From: Amoebophrya sp. A120
Lineage: Eukaryota > Protista > Dinoflagellata
Reading direction: 5' to 3'
NCBI GenBank assembly: GCA_905178155.1
Contig: CAJINV010000002.1
Span: 3,362,515 to 3,426,514 of the forward strand
Length of the DNA: 64,000 nt
Shown piece after piece: positions 12,101 to 23,500 of this stretch. Position numbers and translations under genes: made by a program. Below the pieces are notes generated by a model. The model searched no databases. It had not been told where the DNA came from and saw only the letters and a program-made list of their open reading frames with translations. Positions within the stretch are counted from its first letter, which is position 1. Every line of letters begins with the position of its first letter.

Positions 12101-15100
12101 TTTACATAGGATAGCGGGGAGTGAAAACTGGAATGACGCTGCGGGCGAGGAAGACCGACAGAAAATCGAGGATATGCTCCAGAATATGATAGTGCACAAC
12201 TCCCCCTCCCCCTCATTTGTGTTGCATGAACAGCAACACAAGCGCTGGCAAAGATGCAGCTTTTGCATCACAAATTCCGAGAGGACTCTACATCGTGCTG
12301 TTTAGGATTGCAGAATCTGTCATGCAAACAGTGTTAACAGGCAAGCCAAGGGGTGGATCGGGAATTTAGCATGACAAATGAGGGGGAAAGGCGGGGGTTG
12401 TGCACTCTCATACAGAACTTCGGAAAAGCAGAACACGCCAAGACCATCGGATTTTTTGCCGTGGCCAAGACGAAACCGGCGCGAAGGAAAAAGCGCGGCG
12501 CGTCGGAAATCGCGCTCTTTGATTTGAAGGCGCTGGCCCACCTGGAAGAGCTTTTCGACAAGAACAAAGTAGGTGGCGCGACTGGTTCAACATCTGGGGT
12601 TGCTGCTGCTGGTGCGCCATCATCTTCATCCCAGCGACCGGGCGGGAGCAGCCGGATACTTGCGCCATTCGGGAATACCGAGAACGCGAAGCAAGTGAAC
12701 CTGTTCATGAGAATGATGCCCCCGAAAAACAAAGTGTATCAGCACCACGACCACCACGACCATGACCACCATCTCGCCGCCGCAAGACCATCTACCTCGA
12801 GGCCTCCAACAGACGGAGCCCGCGCGAGTAGATCCACGGGCACGGGGGCCAGTCGGGCGACGGGTTATCCTATTGAAAAATCCACCTTTCGCCCCGTACT
12901 CAAAGTGGGATAATTTGTGTAGCATGATTTGTGACCGCAAGATATCAAGAAGTTGTCATGCGAAGAGGTAATTAATACACGCGGACTGTGCTGTCCGTCT
13001 GGCGTGGAAAGGCCTTGATGCATCTTCAGAATTACAGGAAGCCATTGCACTCTCGGAAAAAATAGCATTGCAAACTTACGCGCAACATCAAGCGTTAGCG
13101 TATGGTCCCTTCGCACTGCAGCAAGTCGAGTTTCGTACGCGAGAGGCACAAAAAGAGGAATATTTTTTAAGTACCAACCTCCTTTTTTAAAAATATGTGG
13201 GGAGCGGGGATTTTTCCTTATGATACTGGCGGAACTGATCTTCATACGGGCGGCACTGCCATCGACCGAAGCGACGTATCAAATACGTCAGCAGCTGAAA
13301 GCGACCCTGGTGCCACGAGTACGAGCGAAGGGGACGAAGATGTGGACGACTCCGCTTATGAATTGCAATTGCAAAAGTATCGCATTAGTAGGATTTATTC
13401 TTGCATGTTGACAATTTTCAACTAGTACTTGCCCAGTACGTCGAAAACTGAAATTTCTTGCGCGCCAGAATCGCCTTTAAGAGGAGACTTGTAAGAACGC
13501 GTACTATGCAAAAATTACTACGAGACGTACGATACTTTTGCAAAAATGCATACCGATCGTGAAACGAAGCAGCTTCTGAAGAAGAAAAAGAACAAGAAGA
13601 TCGTACTAGTCAAGAAGAAGAAGAAGGCCCCCGGAGCTGCAGGTGCTACGTCGACGAGCTCCAGTGCTAGTGAAGCTGAAACTGCAGATGGTGGGCATCA
13701 CAGTACTGCGACCGGTAAACCTAAGAAAAAGACCAAGCTCGCGACCAAGAAGAGTGGCAAAAAAAGCGTAGGAGGTGCAAGTGCAGCGGCGCAACCTTCG
13801 CAGATGAAGCAGGACGCACCTACCCAGGAACTGCTGAACGAAGCGCAGGCGGCGCTAATGGACGTCGGGTTTTCCCGGCACCAGGCGAAGATCATCGCCG
13901 AAAAAATCGCCGGCGTGACAGCGGTATGCACCTGCAAATAAAGTATCGCTCTCGTAGAAGTACTACAAATCGCAGCCATGCATCACAGATTTATCAGCAT
14001 TGCAAATTATTGAAGATGCGGTTTGCCTCTTCCAGAAAAAAATGTATATGCGGTTTTTCATTCTAGAGCGATGCTTTTGGTTTTGCAATGCATAGCCGGA
14101 TCAGCTTGACCAAAAATCGGGTTTGACCGAGGAAGAAAAGAAAATCGCGTCCGCGGGACTGGGTGGCGCAAAAGTGAACGATATGGGAGTGTCAGGATTG
14201 AAATCGACAAAGCTGAAATGATTTGCCATGCATAAAATGGATGCCAGTTGGAACCCAGTGTCCAAGTGGCGCATGACAAAACTTGGCGGTGCCTCAATCC
14301 CGTTTGTAATGCTGTTTGGGTAAGGAAGACGCCTTTTGTAATGCTATCTTAGCAGCCTTATTTCTACCCCTCAACAGGCTTAGTATCTGCCTCCGTTCCC
14401 TACTCTGCAAGACAGGCACTTCGTGGGTTGCATTTTATGCGTCACAAACTATTTCAACTTTGACGATTTCAATCCTGACGCATCCATAAACGACCTGCAG
14501 GATTTAGCGGAAGAGCTGGTCCACCAGAAAGGAACCTTTTTCGCCTATCAAAATGAAAAATCCCCCCTCCCCATATCAAAACAGAAATTTGTGATGCTGA
14601 TTTGCGGCCACAAATCAGCTTTGTATTGCAAAGAGGCACTGCGGCCAGATCCCCAGGCTAGGTAGGGGCGTATGGGTCTAGCAGTTCAGCATGGGAAACG
14701 GACCCCCTTTAGGCCCAACAGCGTGACAAATCGCTTCCAAAATGGGGCGGAAGCTTCTGCCCTTGTCTTCTTGCAAGACAGATGTGATTTGTGACCTTAA
14801 ATCCGCAACGCAAATTTTTGGAAACATACCTTTTCAATATGGGGAGGGGGGATTTTTCCTCTCAATATCGCCAAGCGGTTCTCGCCCGAATCGCAGCAGG
14901 AAGCGATGTATGAACAGCAAAAGCATCGTACTAGTTCTAGTAGTTATTGCAATACAAATTTCATCCTCAGCATTAGAAATGGAATTTGTATTTGTAATGC
15001 GAATTTGCCTTAACATCTGGTTTTTTAATGCATTAGTACGAGTGCGGTTCTTTTGCATTGCTTTGCATACCATGAGGGGAAAGGCGGCGGGCCAGCCCAT

Positions 15101-15632
15101 GTCGCTCCTCGAAGAGAAATGCGCAAATCCCGGGGCGACATCACTCTTGTCCGGAGTGGAAAAGAAGACGAAGGGAAAGCGCAAGGTGGTGAAGGTCGGG
15201 AAATGGAAAACCAAGCTCGCGGGTCGCTATCCTGTGTAATAAAAACGTATGATTCCCAGCCTGCAGCAGCAGCAGCTCCCCTGAGTGGGCAAATGGGAAT
15301 TGAGCTAAGACTAAACACTTGTTCCTGCGCGCATGACAAATTTAGATCCGGTTGTCGTTGTAGCCAACGCAGGCACGAATTCCGCAAGTTTTGAGAAGCT
15401 ATTTTGTCTGCTTTGAAGAGCGCGACAAATAACTTCCAGACCTCACTCAAATGCCGTCAGCACTTGTGGCACTATTCCGTGTGAGAAGCTGCGAAGCCTT
15501 TCTGCATGATGCGAAAAAAATGAGCATGACAAAGACAACTTTTACTGCCAGGTCGTGGGTACTTACGTTTTTGAAATGGATAGTCGCGGCGGGGGTCAAA
15601 CGACCTCCTCTATGGAAGAAAGTGAAGCGTAG
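147..15632 (+). CDS. Gene G1 (5'-truncated, spliced, 28 introner introns): Cys-rich type I membrane/adhesin-like protein
   Basis: Joining exons after removing each TAT..ATA element plus one 5-bp repeat gave a continuous frame from 147 into ORF 3018 (..NCGKTNGVHFIPSSNENAYCSGLS..GRWEGAAPTFRCEQAGAALKVFGC..). TM at ~9264-9338. Last exon reads GGGQTTSSMEESEA then TAG at 15630-15632. Confidence 0.85.
310..575. mobile_element. Introner, family A (TIR core AAATGTCTGGGTCTGGAA)
   Basis: TAT..ATA; DR AAGAC/AAGAC; frame restored. Confidence 0.93.
629..907. mobile_element. Introner, family B (TIR core AAAAACGTCCCCACCCCAGAG)
   Basis: DR TGTAG/TGTAG; frame restored. Confidence 0.93.
1159..1404. mobile_element. 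Introner, family C (TIR core CTCAAACGTTACATTCTCAAC)
   Basis: DR TGGGA/TGGGA; frame restored. Confidence 0.93.
1452..1771. mobile_element. Introner, family D (TIR core GGAAAAATCCCCCCTCCCCATAT)
   Basis: DR GCCGC/GTCGC; frame restored. Confidence 0.92.
1939..2198. mobile_element. Introner, family A
   Basis: DR AAGTG/AAGTG; reverse-complement relative of 8952-9204. Confidence 0.93.
2270..2497. mobile_element. Introner, family E (TIR core AAAACTGTCTCAGTCTCAAT)
   Basis: DR GGAGT/GGAGT. Confidence 0.93.
2556..2768. mobile_element. Introner, family F (TIR core AAAAAGTGTTACAGTTACACAT)
   Basis: DR AGACG/ATACG. Confidence 0.92.
2851..3006. mobile_element. Introner, family G (TIR core GCAAAAGTATCGTACTCGTA)
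   Basis: DR TTTGC/TTTGC. Confidence 0.93.
4363..5139. mobile_element. Introner, family C, enlarged by a nested poly(A) insertion
   Basis: DR CTTTG/CTTTG; family C TIRs at both ends. Confidence 0.9.
4414..4940 (+). mobile_element. Poly(A)-tailed retroposed insertion (SINE or 5'-truncated LINE-like) nested in an introner
   Basis: A18 at 4923-4940; flanking duplication TTTGTCATGCT at 4403-4413 and 4941-4951. Confidence 0.8.
5190..6325. mobile_element. Introner, family A, enlarged by a nested poly(A) insertion
   Basis: Family A TIRs; degenerate DR CATGC/CCTCC. Confidence 0.85.
5423..6267 (+). mobile_element. Poly(A)-tailed retroposed insertion nested in an introner
   Basis: A16 at 6252-6267; duplication AAAATATGCATGACAAACC at 5404-5422 and 6264-6282. 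Confidence 0.85.
6704..6939. mobile_element. Introner, family C
   Basis: DR AACAA/AACAA. Confidence 0.93.
7583..7822. mobile_element. Introner, family C
   Basis: DR AGATG/AGATG. Confidence 0.93.
7828..8835 (+). repeat. Coding tandem repeat of a ~39-aa 6-Cys unit (CxCxNGTAATGxxCxxNxxxICxxCxxxxGFxLxxxxxxCVQN) in G1
   Basis: About 8-9 units in ORF 7857; the same unit occurs in G2 (~31150-32700) and G3 (~42130-42480, 43560-44860). Confidence 0.92.
8952..9204. mobile_element. Introner, family A
   Basis: DR AGTCG/AGTCG. Confidence 0.93.
9953..10120. mobile_element. Introner, family G
   Basis: DR AAGGT/GAAGT. Confidence 0.85.
10356..10593. mobile_element. Introner, family C
   Basis: DR GACCT/CACCT. 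Confidence 0.9.
10658..10867. mobile_element. Introner, family F
   Basis: DR GAGCA/GAGCA. Confidence 0.93.
10967..11199. mobile_element. Introner, family H (TIR TATGAGAGTGCACAACTCCCCCTCCCCCTCATTTG)
   Basis: DR GGAGA/AAAGA. Confidence 0.88.
11495..11754. mobile_element. Introner, family A
   Basis: DR CAAAA/CAATG. Confidence 0.88.
11834..12113. mobile_element. Introner, family B
   Basis: DR GCGGG/GCGGG. Confidence 0.93.
12185..12412. mobile_element. Introner, family H
   Basis: DR CAGAA/CAGAA. Confidence 0.93.
12866..13225. mobile_element. Introner, family D (diverged)
   Basis: DR CGGGT/CTGGC. Confidence 0.8.
13357..13552. mobile_element. Introner, family G (diverged)
   Basis: DR CCGCT/CCGAT. 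Confidence 0.87.
13925..14094. mobile_element. Introner, family G (diverged)
   Basis: DR AGCGG/GCCGG. Confidence 0.82.
14182..14488. mobile_element. Introner, family I (TIR core GTCAGGATTGAAATCGACAAAGTTGAAAT)
   Basis: DR AACGA/AACGA. Confidence 0.93.
14546..14867. mobile_element. Introner, family D
   Basis: DR TCGCC/TCGCC. Confidence 0.93.
14909..15069. mobile_element. Introner, family G
   Basis: DR CGATG/CCATG. Confidence 0.87.
15228..15582. mobile_element. Introner, family B-like (diverged)
   Basis: DR GTCGC/GTCGC. Confidence 0.85.
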
Positions 15633-17541
15633 GCGGGTGCTAATTATGATGTAGTGGATATCAATCGCGCAAAGGCAAAACTACGACTGCGCACAGTTTT
15701 AGGAAAAGAGTGTCACTAATGAGCAAGCTTCATTGATAAATTCTTGCTTTAGTCGTCCGTGCTTTTCGAAAAGTAGTGGTCTCCAAGAAAAATATGTTGG
15801 TGACTTTTTTATTGTTTTGTAAATTTGTTTGATGTTTGTCATTGTTTCTCTTTCTGTGGATACGTTGTGATCTTGAATCGAATTTGCATGGTGCGGATGT
15901 TGATTTTCATTTTCTTTCGGATTTTACTAGCAAGAAATAGATTTTTTTTCGGCAATCTTGTCGGCAATAGATTATTTTTCGGACCGTTTATTTCGCCTTG
16001 TTCAATTCGATATTTCTTCTGCTCTAGTGCAAGTAGCTTCATCGGCTTACAAAAATGTTGTTAGATTCATCTTTTTCAAATGTTTGTGTTTCATTGTCTA
16101 CTACTCGTCCCAGGCGCATGCTGTATAGTCCAATTTTACGAACAATATTTTTACGACCATTTTTGACCACGATTCTTTTATACGTTTGTTTCATCACCTT
16201 GACACCTTGATAGTTGTCTTTACATCTTTTCCTCACAATGTACAGAGCTGGGCGCCGCTTCCTAGGTGCCGATGCAGCACAAAGAAAGATGAAGGATCAA
16301 AAATCTGTAAAATCACATTGGCTGTAAAATAAAAAGTTCTTGGATTCTTGTTGTAGAGCTTACAAATTCTGTCTTAACTGTTGTACCATTCGATGTGTGC
16401 CACAACAAAAGGTGGGCGGCCTGATAGTGTGACGACCTGAAGTGGTTGTTTGAATTTTTCGTGTTCATACTCGTCGATCCCCAGCATTTGTGCGTTTTGA
16501 CGTTCAAATTTCTACATAATTTCTACATAGACCACAAGGTTATCGCTCTTTGAAGCTCATGTTAAATAAGAACAAACCACTTGATGGATCGATATGTCAT
16601 TCGTTGAAAGAGAAAGGGTGGCGTGGAAGAGGAACAAATGGATAGTGCGTAAAAAAGGGCACTCGACGGTTTTCTATCTCACTAGAGGGCCGACGCGGCT
16701 CGAGCTGCAGCTGATCAAATCAGGATGAAAAGGTATTCCTATTCGTATTCCTATTGGCTACGTACTAGAGAGGTTGTGTTGGGGCTGCAGGCTGTCGTAA
16801 AGGAAGAAAGAAGCCGATCTGTGAAGAAGTCGTTGTGACGAGTAATACGGGTCCACATCTCGAGTGATCCATTGTGGTTCAGGAAGTGCTACTTGAGGTT
16901 ATGCTTACAACCACTGCTGTATTTGGTCCGTTCTATGACGATTGAGACTGATGGTCCTAGCTCTTGAAGACACAGTTCCCGGGTCGTAGTCGTCGTTCCA
17001 GACTCGACAAGCTGTGTATTAACTGCTGGTCGATAGAAGCGATCATGATCATGAGTCTGCTCGTTCGCGTAGCGAATAAAGTTGGAATAAAGATCACGTT
17101 CACGTGGTGCTGCACGCATTTTCGATAGTTTCGACATGATTTTCGGATGGTAGTCTTCGACGATCGAAGCATTTATATAGCATCTGAAAGGAAAATGGTC
17201 ACGGTGGGATCGTGAACGTGTCAATACGTTGAACATGTTGATGCTGTCCATGTGCTGCACATGATCTTGTTAGTGGTGATCAACTACACTGGTGGTGAAA
17301 ACAGAAGTACTTATAGTTGAGGAGGTTTTTTTTTCTTCTCTGCTGTACTTCAAGGTGGGGGGGGACGCATAGAAGAGCAGGTTTTCGTCCGTTTCGCGTA
17401 TGACCTGCTCAATTATGCTATGGGGGGACGCATAGAAGAAGTGACCAGCGAACGAAAAACCATTTTTCTAGTACATACTCAAACAGTTTGATGTTGTTGA
17501 TCGATCATCGATGATTTCATCGCGATCGTGACGGAGGTAGA

Positions 17542-20500
17542 ATGTTGTTGCTCCCAACAATCAAGGGACCACAATCTGAAAAAACCAGAAGTTGTGCAAG
17601 TTATCCGATGTTTTTGAAAACAGCAGAACCAACACGAGCTGCGCCACCGTCGTCGTCGTGCAGTAGAGGGCGGTGGAAGATGAACTACTACTCGTGCTGG
17701 TCCAGTAGGACCCTAGTAGCCGTCGGAACTCTCCTTCTTGCCGCGAACAATGTTTCTGTCTTCTTTCTGCACAAAGAAATTGCGACGGAGAAGATTTTTG
17801 CGCCATGTTTCTCAGGAGCACATGATTCAGCATCATCATCTTTCCGCCTCGGCATCAACATGATCCCCGTCGTGTCTGCATTTACCGTGTCTAGAACTTC
17901 GCACGAGAAGAAGAGCAAGAACACCGATACTAGCACAACTGTCGGAAATAAGAACAAGCGCCAGCAGTTCCTGATCAGCGATAAGAAGAAGCTTTTCGCC
18001 GCGGAAAAAAACGACAAGGCTTCATCTTCTTCCAAGCGGCTCTTGCAGCCCGGCAGTAGTGGTGGACCGCTGAAAATGAAAAATGAAGTTGCCGCCAGCG
18101 AGGTCCGCGTGGACGACGATTTTTTGCAACTGCAGGTGGTGGAAGATGTTGCTGCTAGTTTTACCAAGGTTAAGGACGAGAAAAAGAGGGACAACGAAGA
18201 AACTAAAACGCGGGAAATGAAAAAAGCGTCGATGAAAGCGGCTCTTCTAGAAGAAGATCCTCCTTCTGAAAACGAAGCAGACGATGATGGTGAGGGAAGT
18301 GCCCCGCGTGGTGCAGCTTCAACGACCCAAGGTGGAGCCGCGACGACATCCAAAGTCCTGGAGCCTGATGAGGAGCACGACGAGGAACTACTGGCTCTAG
18401 AGGATGTTCTTGAGCCAGATGAAGCAGCACAAGAGGAACCAGACCACGATGAAAGTAGCGACGACCACGACACTGGTGACGATGACGATGATGAGGACCA
18501 TGATGAAGATGACGATGATGATCCGGAGCGGCTTCTTCACGATGACAATGAAGACCAGCACGATGGCCACGATCATGATGAAGACCTCGGTTCTACTGTC
18601 GCTGGTGGTGGAAATGGTGACCACGAAGGCCCATCGGCTGCACTGCTGCAACTGAAGGGAAACAGGAGAAGAAGCGGAACGTCCGAGCGCGTTCCAGCCG
18701 AACCTAACTGCCCAGCCGATGTTTTCCGACCCGAGCGAACGTCTCCGCGGTGCGCTGTTGGATGGTACTGCGAGTCCTGCCGACATTTTAATGCGATCCG
18801 CGTGCTCAACCCGACCAATATGGCGCTCTCAACTGTTAGTGTTACAACATTCTCAGCTGTTGCATGAATTTATCATGCAAAAATACCTTAAGCCGGCTCC
18901 GGCAGAAGATGATCGAGTTGCTTCGCATCATAAGTTTCGGAAGGGCTAGACAGCATCTAAATCTGCGCCAGCGCCAAACTTGTAATGCAAAGGGCGCACT
19001 CTTCATCCTTTCACTTCTTTTGCCAGTCTTGCATTACAGGTTCATGTAACAGTTGGGAATGTAACGTTTGAGAACGCCATAATCAACGGCCACGGGATCG
19101 GGTGGCACGACCAACGATCGCCAAACAGTATGGATGTGTCAGGATCGAATTCAAAATCGACAAATATATAAGTTGAAATGATTTCTCATGCATAATATGC
19201 AGCCCACAAAGTGCCTGTCTTGCAGAGTAGGCAAGTGAGGCAGATTGTAAGCCTGTTGAGAGGTAGAAACCGAGCTGCTAAAGTAGCATGACAAAATGCG
19301 TCCTCATCGTTACCCAAACAGCGTGGCGAACTTGATTCCGGTTCTACCCAATTTTTCCATGCGCCACTTGGAAGCTGGGTTACAACTGGCGTCCGTTTTA
19401 TGCGTCACAAATTATTTGAATTTCAACTAACTTTGTCGATTTCAAACCTGACTCTTCCATAAACACCGCCGCCGGAATTCGGTGGGTGAATGAACACTGG
19501 CCCAGTGGGTCTGGAAACCCTCCTGGCGGGAGTCCCTCCTGGAGCGAGTGTCCCCACACCTTTAGCCAGACCTTGATCAGTGACAGATCCGACCGCCACT
19601 TCGAGTGCGCGCGGGAGCAGATGGAGAAACTGCGACACGAATGCTCGGCCAATCGGCAATGGGACCACCCGCAGGGAGCGGGATGCCATGCCTTGATGAC
19701 CGTAGTCCGCGGCAGCCGCTCAGACAGGAAGCACAAGATGGAGTGGTCTCAGAGAGTTTACCACGGGACCGACTGGAGAGCCCTGAAAACGGGGGAAGTA
19801 ATATCAAATGCAAAAGTGTCTGGGTCTGGAAGATTCCGGGATTTGTCATGCCAGTCCGGCATGTTGACTCTGAGCTCTGTATTGCGTGGCCGCAAAGGTG
19901 GGCTTCTCTTGTTGAGCACTGTCATGCAAAAACGCAGTTTCTCATGCTGAGGACGCAACTCTGAAGCACGGAAAAACTTGTCATGTTTGGCAGTGCATTA
20001 CAGTAATATGCGCATTTTTATTCCCTGACTTGCATCACAAGTTTCCAGACCCAGACATTTTTGCAGTTGATAAGTAAGTTTGTCGACCGACATGAACGAC
20101 GAGGACTGGCTAGAAAAATTGTCGCCCTCGGGCTGGAAAGAAGCAGGCGGCACGACGTGGGACGAGATCAAAACGCGGCTAAAGTGGGCGAGGCAGAACA
20201 ACGAAGACATCATCACCATGACGTGCAAGCCCAGACCCTGTCAGCTGATCTATGGCACGTCCACTCAAAGTGGAGAAGGCTGGGGCACGGGCCTAGGGGG
20301 CTCGGCGGTTACCTACTACGACGGCGGCTTGCCAGCGGAGTCGGATCCGAACGGCGCCTGCAGAATGAGTGCCTGCTATCCGAGTGCACAAGAACTCCTC
20401 CTCCCCCTCATGCAGACCATCCTTGCCACTATTATTCTATCTGATTGAAGATCGTACGACCCCGATGAGACAAGCCCACCGGCTTGGTTGCAGAGCACTA

Positions 20501-23500
20501 TGTTGGGCGCCCCGATGGTTGATCCCCTATCTACTTCGGGCGCCGTGGATTTTCAAAAGAGCAGACGATCGGAGGGGGCTGACCCACCACCCTTGCTCCT
20601 TCCGGATTTCCGTGGATTTTTTTTGGCTGCCTCAAAAAATAAAAGGATGATTTCTCTCCCGCATGCTATGGTCGAGTCAGAGAAAGCATTCCTTTATTTT
20701 TCCCCAAAATCCAAATATTTGCGGAAAAATCCTGGAAAACCCGCATGAAATCCCTGCGCAGGTGGAGCCGCACAGGGGTGGGGTCGGGGGGGGGGGGTGG
20801 GGGGGGGGGGGGGGGGGTAGTTGAATGCCCCGCCACAGGTGCTCGACCCCCCATCAAGGTATTGGAAAACCCGCCGGCAATCACAGGGCCGCGGGGCCGC
20901 GTCGTGGAATAGGTTGCGTTCCTTGGTCTTTGTGGGTTGGGTTTCGTTCCCGTTGGCCGCAGCTTTGCAGCTGACGACAGCGGGGCCTATTTCTGATGCG
21001 CCGCCCTCGCGTGTTTGCTTCGGGCCCCCGGCGAGTTTGGTGCCGCACCGAAACGATCGGGACCGGCCAAGAAGGAGGCGAGTGTTTGCGCACTATAACC
21101 AGGCCAAACGCCCCCCGAACGCTTCGTGCCCCTCTTCGGCCTTCATGAAGCGGCGCGCGCTTGCCATCGGGAGGGTCTTTAAATGCCACCACCCCATGCC
21201 GAGTAATTCTAGAAATAGCGCAAGCCATGCAAGGCCCATAGAGCCCAAACGCTCGCCCCAGACACGCGCTCTGCCATCGTATTTATGTGCGCGAAAAATC
21301 CACGAAAATCCAAACGCGTTATCTCATCGAGCGAAGTCCAGTCCAACGCCTGCAGAATGAGCGCCTGCTATCCGAGTGCACAAGAACTCCCCCTCATGCA
21401 GACGGCCTGAACAGGTCGAGCAGGAGGGTCGAAGCGGCCTCTGCGTGGTCAACACAAACGTTGATCCAGCAAGCACGGGCGCTAGCGCCGCAGTTTAGAG
21501 CAGGCCTACTCATATCATAATTATACGTAGATGACTTGTCATGCAACATAGGACATCCAAGTCCAACTCCAAGACCAAGAGTAAAGGCTGCAACAGCAGC
21601 TTTTGAATATTGCATTGTATTTTTAGATGCTGCGTGACTTCTACGAAACATGCGGGACGGGGGGAGAAGTAGTTCAGCACCTTTACATCTGTTGCAACGG
21701 ACAATATTGGGCGTCGAGCAACAATGGTGTAGGAGGGAGTGGGCGTCGTCGCAGGGTCTTCGCATATGCGTGCGACAATACCATCGCACAATCAGAGTCG
21801 AACCAGCGGCGACGTTGGCACGAATTAGGGTCGCTATGAACTGCAAAAGTATCGTACTCGTATAAGTGCATTACAAATCTCCTCAGCAAGAGAAATGGGA
21901 TTTGTCATGCATGCTGATTTGCCTATGCCTTCGCAACAAGATTTTTTGTAATGCAAGACTTGCACGTATTTTTTATACGAGTGCGATACTTTTGCACAGG
22001 ATTGTCGAATTGGGGCAGCAACTCCGGCCAGAAACCGCGAACACGGAGCGCGGCTGCATACATATTGTGAGGAAAAATCCCCCCTCCCCATATTGAAAAG
22101 GACATTTGTGATGCTGGATTTGCGTACACAAATCGACTTGTATTGCTAGAAGGCAAAGAGACGCAGTTGCGGCCTAAATCGTAGGCGATTTGTCATGCTG
22201 TTTCTCACTTACAGCGACCTCCTGTGATGCTGAAGGTGCAAGGTTTTCCCACGCCAGCCAGCACTACAGTCCGCATCTTTTGCCTTCTAGCGTGACAATA
22301 TGACTTGTGGTAGCAGATCATGCTACACAAATCTCCGCTTTGGTATGGGGAGGGAGGATTTTTCCTTACGATAATACATCCAGCCAGGTGACATCGTCCG
22401 AAGGACCGCCCACGCCTATGGAAGCGTCAGGTTTGAAATCGACAAAGTTGAAATGATTTGCCACGCATAAAATGGACACCAGATGGAAGACCAATTTCTA
22501 AGCGGCGCATGACAAATTTTCGGAGCACCGGAATCCAATTTGTCACGCTGTTTGAGCACAGAAGACTGCTTTTGTCATGCTCCTTTAGCAGCTCTATCCC
22601 AAACCCTAAATTGGCTGACAATCTGCCTCACTTGCCATCCCGGCAAGACAGGCATTTCATGCCTTGCATTTTGTGCATGACAAATTATTTCAACTTTGAC
22701 GATTTCAATCCTGACAGATCCATAACGCCCTCCCGCTGGACATTGGCCGGACGGAGGAGACTATCACGAAGAAAAAACTGTTTCTCTGTGAACTTGTAAT
22801 GCAGAAAATGTATGTCAGAAGAGAACTCAGAAGTGTTTGTCTTGCTACACATGGAAGATGACAATGGATGTTTAGCTGTGCTTTCCCTTAGGAGTCTCGC
22901 ATGGCAAATTTTCTCTGTGATCGATGTAGAAGAAACTTGTGATGCAAAACTTGCAAAAAATTTCATACAGTGAAGCACCCCTTTCGCGCGATAGAGACGA
23001 AGCCGCACACCTCCGTCGGGTGGTACTGCGAGACCTGTCGGTCCTTCAACGTGATTCGCGTTGTGAACCCGAACACCGGCCGTGGGGTGGGGTGGCATGA
23101 CCGCCGCGCGGGCGAACAAATTACCGCGGGCAAGCCCTGGACGCACTGTCCCGGCACCGGCGCTCAAGTTGCGGACCGGCACTTCAAATGCGCTAAAGAA
23201 CGGGTCGACGATATCCTGTGTACAAACGTACCCACACCAGAGTTGTAATGCAGATTTGCAAAGACAGGAAGACTTGTAATGCGCATCCCCATGAGAGCCA
23301 TTTCCAGCCGTGTTTTGGAATTTGTGACGCTGTGAACAGGATGAGCAGATGAATCTGTGACGCGGCTGCACTTGCTAACCTGCACTACACTGCAAAGCGC
23401 AACTTGTCATGCGTGACTCACGCAACTCCTAGGCTTGTGTTGCAAAATCCCCATCCTGACTCTGGTGTGGGTATGTTTTTACTCAGGATAGACGAGCTTT

